Made by a program: the position numbers and the translations under genes. A model generated the notes under the pieces. That model was not told where the DNA came from. It saw only the letters and a program-made list of their open reading frames with translations, and did not search any database. 24,000 nt of DNA from an uncultured Gammaproteobacteria bacterium (GTDB lineage Bacteria > Pseudomonadota > Gammaproteobacteria > Steroidobacterales > Steroidobacteraceae), in NCBI GenBank assembly GCA_963729745.1, contig CAVSPB010000002.1, positions 469,151-493,150 on the forward strand, in the 5' to 3' direction. Below are positions 1-8,568 of this stretch, piece by piece. The number at the start of each line of letters is the position of its first letter. Position 1 is the stretch's first letter.

Positions 1-1
1 G

Positions 2-646
2 ACCGTCGTGCGTCCCGCCGAGGGGCACTGCCGGCACAAGAAGCAGACGGGCGGCGCCGGTCAGTTCGGCGAGGTCTATCTGCGCATCGAGGCGCTGCCG
101 CGCGGCACGGGGTTCGAGTTCGAGGATGACGTTGTCGGCGGCGCGATCCCGAATCAGTACATACCGGCGGTCGAAAAGGGCGTGCGGCAGGTGTTGAGCG
201 AGGGCGCCATCGCCGGTTATCCGCTGCAGGACATTCGCGTCACGGTGTACGACGGCAAGTATCACCCGGTGGATTCGAAGGAAGTCGCCTTCGTCTCCGC
301 CGGACGCAAGGCGTTCCTCGATGCGATCGGCAAGGCCAATCCGATCGTGCTGGAGCCGATCGTGCGCGTTGAGATCACCGCGCCGTCGGACAGCATGGGC
401 GACATCACCGGCGACCTCGCCACCAAGCGCGGGCGCATCAACGGCAACAGCGCGCTCGGCGGCGGGCGCGTGTCGATCAGTGCGCTGGTGCCGCTGGCGG
501 AGTTGAACGAATACCAGTCGCGGCTGAAATCGCTCACCGGCGGCGAAGGTTCGTACACCATGGACCTGAGCCACTACGACCAGGTGCCGCCGCGCAAGCA
601 ACAAGAACTCATGAACGCATTCCGGCCCAGACCCGAACAGGAGTAG
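2..646 (+). CDS. Elongation factor G family protein, C-terminal part (5' end outside window)
   Basis: The frame is open from the window edge to TAG at 644-646. The translation (GQFGEVYLRIEALPRGTGFEFEDDVVGGAIPNQYIPAVEKGV ... RLKSLTGGEGSYTMDLSHYDQVP) reads like EF-G domains IV-V. Confidence 0.8.
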   Translation, partial: TVVRPAEGHCRHKKQTGGAGQFGEVYLRIEALPRGTGFEFEDDVVGGAIPNQYIPAVEKGVRQVLSEGAIAGYPLQDIRVTVYDGKYHPVDSKEVAFVSAGRKAFLDAIGKANPIVLEPIVRVEITAPSDSMGDITGDLATKRGRINGNSALGGGRVSISALVPLAELNEYQSRLKSLTGGEGSYTMDLSHYDQVPPRKQQELMNAFRPRPEQE

Positions 647-705
647 TACTGGCGCGGACTCTCGAAACTGACCCGGAACGCCGCATCGGTGCCTCCCCGT
701 GACCC

Positions 706-975
706 CTACTCCGGCGCGACGAATTCCCGCGGCTTGTCCGAGCCGCCGCCGAAGAAAAATTTCTCCATCTCCGCTTCCAGGAACTTGCGCGCCTTCGGTT
801 CGATCGGCGTGAGGCGATACTCGTTGATCAGCATCGTCTGATGCTGGACCCATTTCGCCCACGCTTCCTTGGAGACGTTCGCGTAGATGCGCTTGCCGAG
901 CTCGCCCGGGTAGGGCACGTAGTCGAGACCCGGCGCTTCGCGGCCGAGCAGAACACATTGAACGGTGCGTGCCAT
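706..975 (-). CDS. yggX: Fe(2+)-trafficking / oxidative-damage protection protein YggX
   Basis: ATG at 975-973 and TAG at 708-706 give 89 aa. The sequence MARTVQCV...GELGKRIY...[21 protein letters not shown] is typical of YggX. It lies directly downstream of mutY, as in E. coli. Confidence 0.9.
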   Translation of the reverse strand: MARTVQCVLLGREAPGLDYVPYPGELGKRIYANVSKEAWAKWVQHQTMLINEYRLTPIEPKARKFLEAEMEKFFFGGGSDKPREFVAPE

Positions 976-1006
976 GGTTACTCTCGCGACGATCGGGCCA
1001 GGGAAT

Positions 1007-2035
1007 TCAGCCTACGGAACGAATGAGTTGCGTGACGGGCGCGGCGAGCCCCACGGCCGCCGGCGCGGCCAGGTCATACCAGACCCACCGGTCGGCCTCC
1101 ATCATCGTCGCGGGACCGGCGCACTCGATACGCAGCGGCTCGATATCGAGATCGAAGTGCGTGAAGGTGTGCCGCAGCGTCGCCATCGACGTGAGCGGCA
1201 CTCTCGCTGCGAGCATGCGCACACACCAGCCCTGCGCATCGTCGGCGCTCGCAAACTCCGGCAGTCCCCACAAGCCGCCCCAGATGCCGCTCGGCGGCCG
1301 GCGCTCGAGCAATACGCGGCCGTCGTGAACCGCGAGCAGCATGCAGGTCCTCTTCAGCTTGCGCGCCGCGCGCGGCTTGGCGGCCGGCAACTCGTGCTGA
1401 CGCCCGGTCGCGAGCGCAACACAGTCCGATGCCACAGGACATGCATTGCACGACGGCCGCCGTCGCACGCATACGGTGGCGCCGAGATCCATGATCGCCT
1501 GCGTGTACGCGCCGAGGCGCGCGAAGGGTGTAGTGCGCTCCGCGAGCGCCCAGAGCCTCGCGGCAACCGCCGCCTGGCCCGGATAACCGTCGATGCCGAA
1601 GCAGCGCGACAGCACGCGCTTGACGTTGCCGTCGAGGATCGGATGCCGCTCGTCACGCGACAACGCGAGGATTGCGCCTGCCGTCGAACGGCCGATGCCG
1701 GGCAGCGCCGTGGCTTCCTCCAGCGTGCGCGGGAATTCTCCGTCGTGCCTGTCGAGCACCAAGCCAGCCGCACGATGCAGATTGCGCGCCCGCGCGTAGT
1801 AACCCAGGCCGGACCAGTGATGCAGCACCTCATCGAGCGGCGCCCTCGCCAGCGCACCCACGTCGGGAAAGCGCGCCATGAACAGATTGAAGTAGGGAAT
1901 GACAGTCGCGACCTGAGTCTGCTGGAGCATGATCTCCGAGACCCAGACGCGATACGGGGTCCGGTCGCGTTGCCAGGGCAGGTCCGTGCGACCGTGGCGA
2001 TCGAACCACGCGAGCAATCGTTCAGCGAAGTCCAT
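1007..2035 (-). CDS. mutY: A/G-specific adenine DNA glycosylase MutY
   Basis: Alignable by eye with E. coli MutY over its whole length: [21 protein letters not shown], the HhH motif [13 protein letters not shown], and the 4Fe-4S cluster C-x6-C-x2-C-x5-C ([17 protein letters not shown]). ATG at 2035 is preferred; the ORF-track start is an in-frame GTG at 2074. Stop TGA at 1009-1007. Confidence 0.93.
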   Translation of the reverse strand: MDFAERLLAWFDRHGRTDLPWQRDRTPYRVWVSEIMLQQTQVATVIPYFNLFMARFPDVGALARAPLDEVLHHWSGLGYYARARNLHRAAGLVLDRHDGEFPRTLEEATALPGIGRSTAGAILALSRDERHPILDGNVKRVLSRCFGIDGYPGQAAVAARLWALAERTTPFARLGAYTQAIMDLGATVCVRRRPSCNACPVASDCVALATGRQHELPAAKPRAARKLKRTCMLLAVHDGRVLLERRPPSGIWGGLWGLPEFASADDAQGWCVRMLAARVPLTSMATLRHTFTHFDLDIEPLRIECAGPATMMEADRWVWYDLAAPAAVGLAAPVTQLIRSVG

Positions 2036-2615
2036 TCTCTGCGCTCTCGTGCGTGCTGCTCTGCGCGCGGTCACGTGCGACGCGCTCCACGTTGGTGAAC
2101 AGGCTCAACGTGCCCTCGCGCAACGTCTTGATCATCATCCGCGGCCCGATGAAAGGCGGCACCCAGAAGTCAGGCTCGATCTCGAGCCGATAGAGCAGCT
2201 CGGTGCCGCCATCGCGCGCCTCCCATTGGGAATGCGTGCGCCCGTAGCTCACGTCGCTCTGGCCCGGCACGGCCGTCGCGATGAGACCGCCGGGCATCTC
2301 CTCGAGTTTCTCCACCCGCCGCATGGTGCGGCAAAGGATCGAGCCGACGCAGCCGCGCACCTTGGTGCGCAGCACCGGCTCGCTGTCGTCTCGGCGGCTC
2401 TCGAGTATGCGCGAATCGAGCTGCGGATAATGTTCGTAATCCTTGAGCACCGCACCCACCTGATCGGCAGGGGCATCCAGGTGCGCCTTGAATTCGACGA
2501 CGTAGCGATTGTCGCTGCGCCTCACTTCCAGCTTCTCCACCTCGATGGCATGCGCGGCGGGCGCCGCGAGCGCCAGCGCCGCCACCAGGTATCGCCAATC
2601 GCGGCCGGCGCCCAC
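2022..2615 (-). CDS. Secreted SRPBCC/START-like family protein (putative)
   Basis: GTG start at 2615 lies 2 nt after the asmA stop. The N-terminus is signal-peptide-like (WRYLVAALALAAPAAHA/IEV). The remainder resembles the SRPBCC (polyketide cyclase/lipid-binding) fold family by eye. The 3' end overlaps the mutY start by 14 nt. Confidence 0.55.
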   Translation of the reverse strand: MGAGRDWRYLVAALALAAPAAHAIEVEKLEVRRSDNRYVVEFKAHLDAPADQVGAVLKDYEHYPQLDSRILESRRDDSEPVLRTKVRGCVGSILCRTMRRVEKLEEMPGGLIATAVPGQSDVSYGRTHSQWEARDGGTELLYRLEIEPDFWVPPFIGPRMMIKTLREGTLSLFTNVERVARDRAQSSTHESAENGLR

Positions 2616-2617
2616 GA

Positions 2618-4778
2618 CTATTGCGGCGTCGCGCTCGGCTGCTTCTTCTTGCGGCCGAAGAAATCGCCGAGCTTGTCGGAGAGCTTCTCGGTCAGTTCCT
2701 GTTTCTTCTCCTCGATCTTCTCCCTGGCCCTGGCTTTGGCCTGCGCCTCGAGATCGGGCCGGATCTTCAAGTCCTCCAGGGTGCCGCTGACGCGCACCGG
2801 AATCTCCGCGGCCTTGAGCGACTGCATTTCCGCGCCGGCGCCTTCCGGGGGCACCCGAAACACGTTCGCGACCAGCCGATAGTCGACCTTCTGCGTCGGG
2901 ATCTCGAGCTTGCCCTCGCCGGCGATCTTGAGGTAGTCCGCGTCGATGGTGAGATCCTTGTTCTCCATCACGCCGTTCCTGACGACGGCGGTGCCCTGCA
3001 ACTTGTGGAATTTCGTCTCGCCCGTGCTCGCCTGCGCCGGCGGCGGCTGGCGTTCCCAGAGCGCGCGCGCGCGGCGCAGCTCATACCACAGGTCCGCGCC
3101 CTTGAGCGCGCCATCCTGCACGTCGAACTCGATCTGGCCGTCGAGCGTCCTCATCAGCTGATCGGAATCGTTGCCGCGCGCCGCCAGCACGGCCTTGAGG
3201 TTGCCCTTGCCGGCGAGCTGTTCCGAGTCGAAGAGGTCCTTGAAGAGCGGCGCGAAGGCCACGCTGGTCAATTGCTCGTCGACGCTGAGCCGCGCCGTGT
3301 CGCCGCGCGCGTCCAGCGCGAAGCCGCCGCGATGAGCGCCGCCGTAGAGCTTTGCCTGTGAGGGATTCACACGCACGAGGCCGTTTCGCGCATCCACCGT
3401 GAACAGCACGCCGCTCATCTTGAGCCCGGCGAGCTTCAACTGGCCGATCCTGAGCTTGCCCTGCGCATCGAGCGCCTTGAGCCGCTCCACCGGCAGCTCG
3501 AACGGTTTCCTGTCCTGCGGATCTTCCTTCTTCTGCTCTTCCTCCGGCGCCAGGTAGCGGTCGACGTCGATCGCATCGATGGCGAGATCGAAACGCAGCG
3601 CGGTCTTGTCGAAATCCGCGATGCCCGCGGTTCCGGTCGCCTTCGTGTCGTCGAGCGTGACCTCGAGATCCCGAAGCATCGCGCTCTTGCCGGTGGCCGC
3701 GAGCTTCGCCTCGAAAGCGAGTGCCTTGAGAACGTCGGGGTCGCGCGTCCTGGGCGCCTCGCCGCCGAATTGCTTCAGCAGCTCGCGCGGCGACACGGGC
3801 TTGAGCGCGATAGTGCCGTTGAAAGCCGGCTCATCCACGATCTGCTTGCCCTCGACGCCGCCGCTCAACTCCGCACCGTAGGCATTCAGAACGAACTGCG
3901 GCAGCGCCAGAGTCTGGGCCTTGAGGTCGGCGACCAGCGAGGGCGCGCGCAGCGTTATTTCAACGTCGCGCGGCTTGGCAACGTCGCGCGGCTTGGCAAC
4001 GTCGCGCGGCGCGGCGACATCGCGCGGCGTCGCGACGTTGCGCTGGGTGTCTGCGGCTTGGGCCTCGCCGGGGAGAATCGCGTTCAGGTCCAGGTCCTTG
4101 AGCGAGTAGCGCTCGGCCTGCGTATCGAGCGTCGCCTCGGTCTTCAAGCGCACGAATGTCGACGGCGTCCCCTCCCCGTCATCGACCGCGAACTCGACCT
4201 GCAGGTCGACAGGCTCGCCGCTCTCGAACCGCCCGGTCTCGAACGTCGAGTTTTTCGATGCGCTTGTGGGTGGCGGTACCCAGGTCCCGGTAGTCGAGCG
4301 CCGAATTCTTGATCTCCACGCCTGCGATCGACGGCAATTCACCGCCGCCGGCGGGTGCTGCGGCTGCCCCAGGCTTGGGCTCGGTCAGGTCCTGCCAGTT
4401 GGTGCGGCCGTCGGCGTTCTTGATGAGATTCACCCGCAGCCCATCCAGCTCCAGGCGGCGCACCTGCATCTCTCCCCGCAACAACGGGATCAGGCGGACC
4501 CCAACGTCCGCGCGTTCGACAGTCAGGAACGGGGTCGCGCCGAATCCGGGCGCGTTGCCCAGCTCGGCATGCCCCACCTCGATTGCAAGCCACGGGAAAA
4601 CAGAAAGTTTGAGGTCGCCCTTGAGATCGAGCTCGCGGCCGGTCTCATCGCGCACCGCCTGTGCGATCTCGTCCTTGAAATCGTTCGGGTCGACCAGCAG
4701 GACGACCGCGATCAGGCCCACGACGACCAGCCCCACGAGGCCGGCCAGCACCCACAGAACAACCTTGATCGGTCGCAT
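2618..4778 (-). pseudogene. asmA: AsmA family outer-membrane assembly/lipid-transport protein, interrupted by a 1-nt frameshift
   Basis: The N-terminal fragment starts at ATG 4778 (MRPIKVVLWVLAGLVGLVVVGLIAVVLLVDPNDFKDEIA..., a TM anchor plus AsmA N-domain) and its frame stops at 4179. The C-terminal fragment (..STFETGRFESGEPVDLQVEF.. to the AsmA_2-like ..DGQIEFDVQDGALKGADLWYEL..) is in another frame, open from 4342 to TAG 2618. The two frames join cleanly at the T5 run 4250-4254. Confidence 0.8.
3961..4050. repeat. 18-bp tandem repeat (about 4-5 units) inside asmA
   Basis: caacgtcgcgcggcttgg occurs as two perfect units (3961-3978, 3979-3996), followed by progressively degenerate units. On the minus strand these encode in-frame hexapeptide repeats: ATPRDV AAPRDV AKPRDV AKPRDV. 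Confidence 0.85.
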
Positions 4779-4886
4779 CGCCACCTCTTGTCGCAGCGCA
4801 GCAGCAATGGGCCCACATTCTAGCAAGCCGCTGATTCTCGACCTTCGTAAGACCAGTGCGGACCGCTCCAGATTCAGCCTCCCCAA

Positions 4887-4910
4887 CCGATAACCCGAGA
4901 CGGGTATCGG
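4887..4910 (-). terminator. Weak candidate terminator hairpin after the DUF4097 gene
   Basis: ccgataacccg-aga-cgggtatcgg forms a 10-bp stem with one bulge, about 28 nt downstream of the stop at 4938. Only two U residues follow on the transcript, so the call is weak. Confidence 0.25.
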
Positions 4911-4937
4911 AGGCGAGAGAGCGGAACCGCAGCAACC

Positions 4938-5828
4938 CTACCGCGTGCAGATCTTGATATCCCCGCTCAGGCTGGAGACTCGCACGCGCCCGCCACCCTT
5001 GCCCTCGGCGAAGTGCAGCTCGCTTCCCGGGCCGTACTTCTGCGTGCGCTGCGCTTCCGGGCCGGAGCAACTGTCGATCTCGCCGGAGAAGCTCTCGATG
5101 TCGATCTGCGCATCGACGCTGCCCTTGAAATCCAGGGTGAGCTGGCCGCTGATGCTCTCTACGTCGACGCGGGCATCCGGCGCGAGGCTGCCGCTGAAAT
5201 TGAGGTCACCCGAGGTGGTGCGCATGCGTCCGCGCGTCAGCTTGTCGACGCCGAGCTCGAGCGAGCCGCTGACGGTGTTGGCAGTGATCTCGCCTGCCGC
5301 GCGCGTCACGCGCGCATCGCCGCTGACGGTCGTCAGCGTGAGCACGCCCGGCTTGCCGTCGCCGCGCAGCGAGACATTGCCGCTGACCGTCTTGATCTCG
5401 GCATCCTCGCCCGTGATCTCGCTGGAGATGTCGCCCGACACGGACTGCAGCCGTTGCGGCCCGGTCAGATCGACCGCGCTGATCTCGGCACTCACGGCGT
5501 TGACGCTCAAGCGGCTGCCCTTCGGCACCCGGATACTGAGCTCGGTGTCGGCGTCGCCGCCGTGATAGTGGCCCTTCTTGAGCTTCACCACGATGGTAGT
5601 GCGCTTGCTGCCGCTCTCGAACTGCAGCTCCTCCACCCTGCTGCCGAGATTGCCGGTGACCTGCACCTCGTTGCGGTCCCAGCCCGCCACGCTCACCGTG
5701 CCGGCGACGTTGGAGACCTCGACCTCGCCGGTCGGGTCCGCGGGAAGGCGCTTGTCGATCGACTCCTCCGCCTGCACTTGCGCGGCCAGGAGCACACAGG
5801 CCACCAGGGTGGCGCAGGCTGCTTTCAT
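4938..5828 (-). CDS. DUF4097-type beta-strand repeat protein with signal peptide (putative adhesin-like)
   Basis: ATG at 5828 overlaps the anti-sigma stop (ATGA). The signal peptide is MKAACATLVACVLLAAQVQA/EE. V/ISG(D/N/S/Q/E) beta-helix-like units recur about every 17-24 aa (up to about 35 aa; VSGDISSEI, VSGNVSLRG, VSGDARVTR, VSGSLELGV, TSGDLNFSG, ISGQLTLDF, FSGEIDS, LSGDIKI). The ORF-track version (to 6332) is a spurious 5' extension. Confidence 0.8.
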   Translation of the reverse strand: MKAACATLVACVLLAAQVQAEESIDKRLPADPTGEVEVSNVAGTVSVAGWDRNEVQVTGNLGSRVEELQFESGSKRTTIVVKLKKGHYHGGDADTELSIRVPKGSRLSVNAVSAEISAVDLTGPQRLQSVSGDISSEITGEDAEIKTVSGNVSLRGDGKPGVLTLTTVSGDARVTRAAGEITANTVSGSLELGVDKLTRGRMRTTSGDLNFSGSLAPDARVDVESISGQLTLDFKGSVDAQIDIESFSGEIDSCSGPEAQRTQKYGPGSELHFAEGKGGGRVRVSSLSGDIKICTR

Positions 5829-6433
5829 GATTCGGTCCTCGCAGGGATGTTCCCCGCCATCTGATTGACGTTGGCGAGCAATGCGAGCTCGCTCTGATAG
5901 GTGCTCAGCAGCAGTTGCTGCAGCAGAATGCTGTTCGGGTCGAGTGCCAGCGCCACATTGATCTCGCGCAGCGCGCGGCGGATCTCGTCGAGATTGCGCT
6001 CGATCTTCTGCTGCGCCTCGGGCGGCAGACGATCGATGCGCTCGGCCAGCCCGATCGCCAGCGTGGCGCGCGCGGACTCGTATTCCGGGCCGAGCGCCTG
6101 ATAGCCGCCGAAGCTGGCCTCGGAGTAGAGCGATGGCTCGGCAGCGGCGACGGCATCGATCGACGGCCGAGTGCGCAGCACCGCAATCGTGAGCAGCGCA
6201 CCCAGCGCCATGCAACCGAGGCCGGCGGCGAGCGCATACGGCCAGCGAAGGAGCCGGCGCCCCGCAGGAGTGCCACCAGCGCCCGCGCCTCGCGCCGGGT
6301 GCGCATACAAAGCGTCTGCGATTCCGGCCCACAGGTCGCGGCGCGGCGCGATTTCCCGCGGCAGGCGGCGCAACGCGCGCAGCAACGCGTCGTCGCGCTC
6401 GCCGTTACCCGAATTGTCGTTGCTCACGTTCAT
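5825..6433 (-). CDS. Putative single-pass membrane anti-sigma factor
   Basis: ATG at 6433 lies 47 nt downstream of the ECF sigma gene. There is one hydrophobic segment (WPYALAAGLGCMALGALLTIAVL). The call rests on position and architecture, since no zf-HC2 motif was seen. Confidence 0.6.
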   Translation of the reverse strand: MNVSNDNSGNGERDDALLRALRRLPREIAPRRDLWAGIADALYAHPARGAGAGGTPAGRRLLRWPYALAAGLGCMALGALLTIAVLRTRPSIDAVAAAEPSLYSEASFGGYQALGPEYESARATLAIGLAERIDRLPPEAQQKIERNLDEIRRALREINVALALDPNSILLQQLLLSTYQSELALLANVNQMAGNIPARTES

Positions 6434-6480
6434 GTTCCGTCCTGCACTGTTCGAGGGTCGCCGCCCGCCAGACGTTTACA

Positions 6481-7032
6481 TCAGTTGTCCATGCGCTCGC
6501 GCAACAAGCGTCGCGCGCGATGCAACTGCGCCTTGCACGTGCCCACCGCGATCCCGAGCATCCCCGCGGCTTCCTCGTGCGTGTAACCGTAGATCCCGTA
6601 GAGCACCAGCACGTGCCGCGCGCCCTCGGGCAGCTTGCTCACCGCCGCCTCCAGATCCATGGGCGGTGTTTCGTCGGGCGCCGTGCCCTCGAACGGCGGC
6701 TCTTCGTCATCGCCTGAGGGTTGCGGCACGATCTCCAGCGATCCGCGCCGGGCACGCGCGAGCGAAGCGTTGACCGCGATGCGGTGCAGCCACGTCCCCA
6801 GCGCGCTGCGGCCCTCGAAGCTCGGCAGGCTGCGCCAGGCGTTGATGAAGGTTTCCTGCGTGCAATCCTCGGCCATGGTCGGATCGCGGGTCAGCCGCAG
6901 GCACAGGCCGTACACGCGTCCCGAGTGCTCACGATAGATGCGCTCGAACGCGCGTGCGTCGCCCAGCCGCGCCCGCTCGAACCATTCGCCCTGCTCGTCC
7001 CCGTCCGGCTGCACTGTCATCAAGGCACTCAC
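6481..7032 (-). CDS. ECF-type RNA polymerase sigma-70 family factor
   Basis: The region 2-like stretch is RVYGLCLRLTRDPTMAEDCTQETFINAWRSL. The region 4 HTH-like stretch is LPEGARHVLVLYGIYGYTHEEAAGMLGIAVGTCKAQLHRARRLLRE. The start is GTG 7032 or ATG 7020. Confidence 0.9.
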   Translation of the reverse strand: MSALMTVQPDGDEQGEWFERARLGDARAFERIYREHSGRVYGLCLRLTRDPTMAEDCTQETFINAWRSLPSFEGRSALGTWLHRIAVNASLARARRGSLEIVPQPSGDDEEPPFEGTAPDETPPMDLEAAVSKLPEGARHVLVLYGIYGYTHEEAAGMLGIAVGTCKAQLHRARRLLRERMDN

Positions 7033-7122
7033 ACACTCACTCGTGCGCGGATGTTACCAGTGCCGACACGCCCATAAGTACATGTTGCGACTGGACATTT
7101 CTTCGGCGCTCATGGCGAAGAG

Positions 7123-7150
7123 TTAGAGCGCACCGCAGCGCAAAAGGTTT
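7123..7150 (-). promoter_or_regulatory. Putative ECF (sigma-E-like) autoregulated promoter
   Basis: The minus strand reads AAACCTT-N16-TCTAA, compared with the sigma-E-type GAACTT-N16-TCTRA. It lies about 90 nt upstream of the sigma gene start. This is a motif match only. Confidence 0.3.
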
Positions 7151-7182
7151 GAATCGCGCCGCTACTCAACCACCCTGCGCGG

Positions 7183-7578
7183 CTACGAGGCGAGCCGCTC
7201 GATGACAGGACAGGTTGAGTCTTCGGCGTTTGCATCGCACTCGGCGATCAAGGTCGCGAGCGCGTTGCGCAGCTGATGCAGATCCCTGATCCGGTCATCG
7301 ACGATCTGCAGCTTCACTGCGGCAAGCTCCCGCGTTGCGCGGCAGGAGCGGCGGGTTCGCAATCTCAACAGGCCCTCGATCTCGGCGAGCGTAAAGCCCA
7401 TCGCCTGCGCTCGCTTGATGAAGCGCAGCCGTTCGGCATCCGCTTCGGTGTAACGCCTGACCCCGCCGATCGGCCGCACCGGCTCGGGAATGAGCTTGCG
7501 CCGCTGGTAGTAGCGGATCGTCTCGACATGCGCACCCACAGCCGCCGCAAGTCGACCAATCGTGTAGGACCGAGGCAT
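7183..7578 (-). CDS. merR: Hg(II)-responsive MerR transcriptional regulator
   Basis: ATG at 7578 gives 131 aa. The HTH is YTIGRLAAAVGAHVETIRYYQRRKLI. Cys79, Cys114 and Cys123 have the same 35/9 spacing as Tn21 MerR Cys82/117/126 (SCRAT...IAECDANAEDSTCPVI). It is divergent from a canonical mer operator. Confidence 0.9.
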   Translation of the reverse strand: MPRSYTIGRLAAAVGAHVETIRYYQRRKLIPEPVRPIGGVRRYTEADAERLRFIKRAQAMGFTLAEIEGLLRLRTRRSCRATRELAAVKLQIVDDRIRDLHQLRNALATLIAECDANAEDSTCPVIERLAS

Positions 7579-7581
7579 GGC

Positions 7582-7613
7582 TTGACTCCGTACCGTGGTA
7601 CGGACGTTATCGT
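7582..7613 (+). promoter_or_regulatory. mer operator/promoter (PmerT with overlapping MerR dyad)
   Basis: TTGACT (7582-7587), dyad TCCGTAC-N4-GTACGGA (7587-7604), then TTATCG/TATCGT as the -10 after a 19-20-bp spacer. This is the same architecture and dyad as the Tn21/Tn501 mer operator. Confidence 0.85.
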
Positions 7614-7668
7614 ATTCCAGTCGGAGTCGCGGATCGAGGCCCGAGTGAGCCTGGCGTGGAGACAACCG

Positions 7669-8568
7669 ATGGCTGAGAAGGCACGCGTGATCGGTGCGGC
7701 CGGCGGCGCCCTCGGCCTGGGCGGACTTGCGGCAGCACTGGGGCTTTGTTGCACCGTTCCCTGGGCAGTCGCACTGCTCGGGGTGACCGGCGCGGTCGCG
7801 TTTGCGCGTCTGGCGCCTCTGCTTCCTTACGCGCTCATCGGCGCCGTGGCGCTCATGGGAATGGGCTTCTGGTGGGCGTACCGCCGCCCCGCGGCATGTT
7901 CCGATGTCAGCTGCGCACCCACGAGCCGCCGCACTTTGCGGTGGATCGTATGGATCGCCGCCATGCTCGTTGGTGCGCTGTCGGTCGTCGCATTCAGTGG
8001 CAGCGCGCAAGCCGGCGACGCCGCTTCAGCGGCCGCATATACGGTCCTGGATGAAACCGGTAGCCCGCTGCGCGAGGATTTCAACCGCGCGAAGGGTTCG
8101 GTGCGCATCCTGATCGTGGTCGATCCGATCTGTCCGGGCTGCCTGCGTGGCCTCGATGACATCGACAAGGCCCTGCTTGCGAAGACGAACGATCCCCGCC
8201 TGGAGACCTTCGTCGTACACGTTCCGGTCCTCGGCGCCGAGGCGGAGGATGTCGCGCCGGCGGCGAAACTCCTGCATGACACGCGCGTGCGTCACTACTG
8301 GAACCCGAGCGGTGCGTTCGGTAAAGAGCTGTCCGAAGCGGTGCAACTGCGGCACGCAGACGAGCTCGTATATGCGTGGGATGTGTGGTTGATCTACGGT
8401 CCGGAGGCGAGCTGGGACGGAGCGCGTCCGCCGCGGCCTCGGCTGTTGATGCATCAGCTGCGGGCGCTCCAGGGCAGCGCCGAGTTCCCCCATCTCGACG
8501 CCGAAGCCTTCGCGCGGGAAGTGCATCAGCTCCTCGCGCGCCTTGCCGCGCCCACTTCGGCACCATGA
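7669..8568 (+). CDS. merT: MerT-like mercuric transporter fused to a C-terminal CPGC thioredoxin-like domain
   Basis: GGAG at 7658-7661 precedes ATG 7669; the product is 299 aa. The N-terminal ~115 aa align by eye with Tn21 MerT: Cys27-Cys28 in TM1 (GLCCTVP), Cys77/Cys82 (AACSDVSCA), and a third TM (LRWIVWIAAMLVGALSV). The C-terminal ~175 aa carry VVDPICPGCL (Cys155/Cys158, nt 8131-8142). The ORF-track version from 7276 is a spurious 5' extension. Confidence 0.8.
   Translation: MAEKARVIGAAGGALGLGGLAAALGLCCTVPWAVALLGVTGAVAFARLAPLLPYALIGAVALMGMGFWWAYRRPAACSDVSCAPTSRRTLRWIVWIAAMLVGALSVVAFSGSAQAGDAASAAAYTVLDETGSPLREDFNRAKGSVRILIVVDPICPGCLRGLDDIDKALLAKTNDPRLETFVVHVPVLGAEAEDVAPAAKLLHDTRVRHYWNPSGAFGKELSEAVQLRHADELVYAWDVWLIYGPEASWDGARPPRPRLLMHQLRALQGSAEFPHLDAEAFAREVHQLLARLAAPTSAP

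Noticed and set aside
4938-6332. Over-extended ORF-track models: 4938-6332, 7183-8010, 7276-8568, 8794-9894, 18147-20603, 20740-21765 and 22502-23980.
   Set aside because: In each case the recognisable protein begins at an internal ATG that has an RBS or overlaps the upstream gene's stop. The upstream extension overlaps another well-supported gene and translates to low-complexity sequence.
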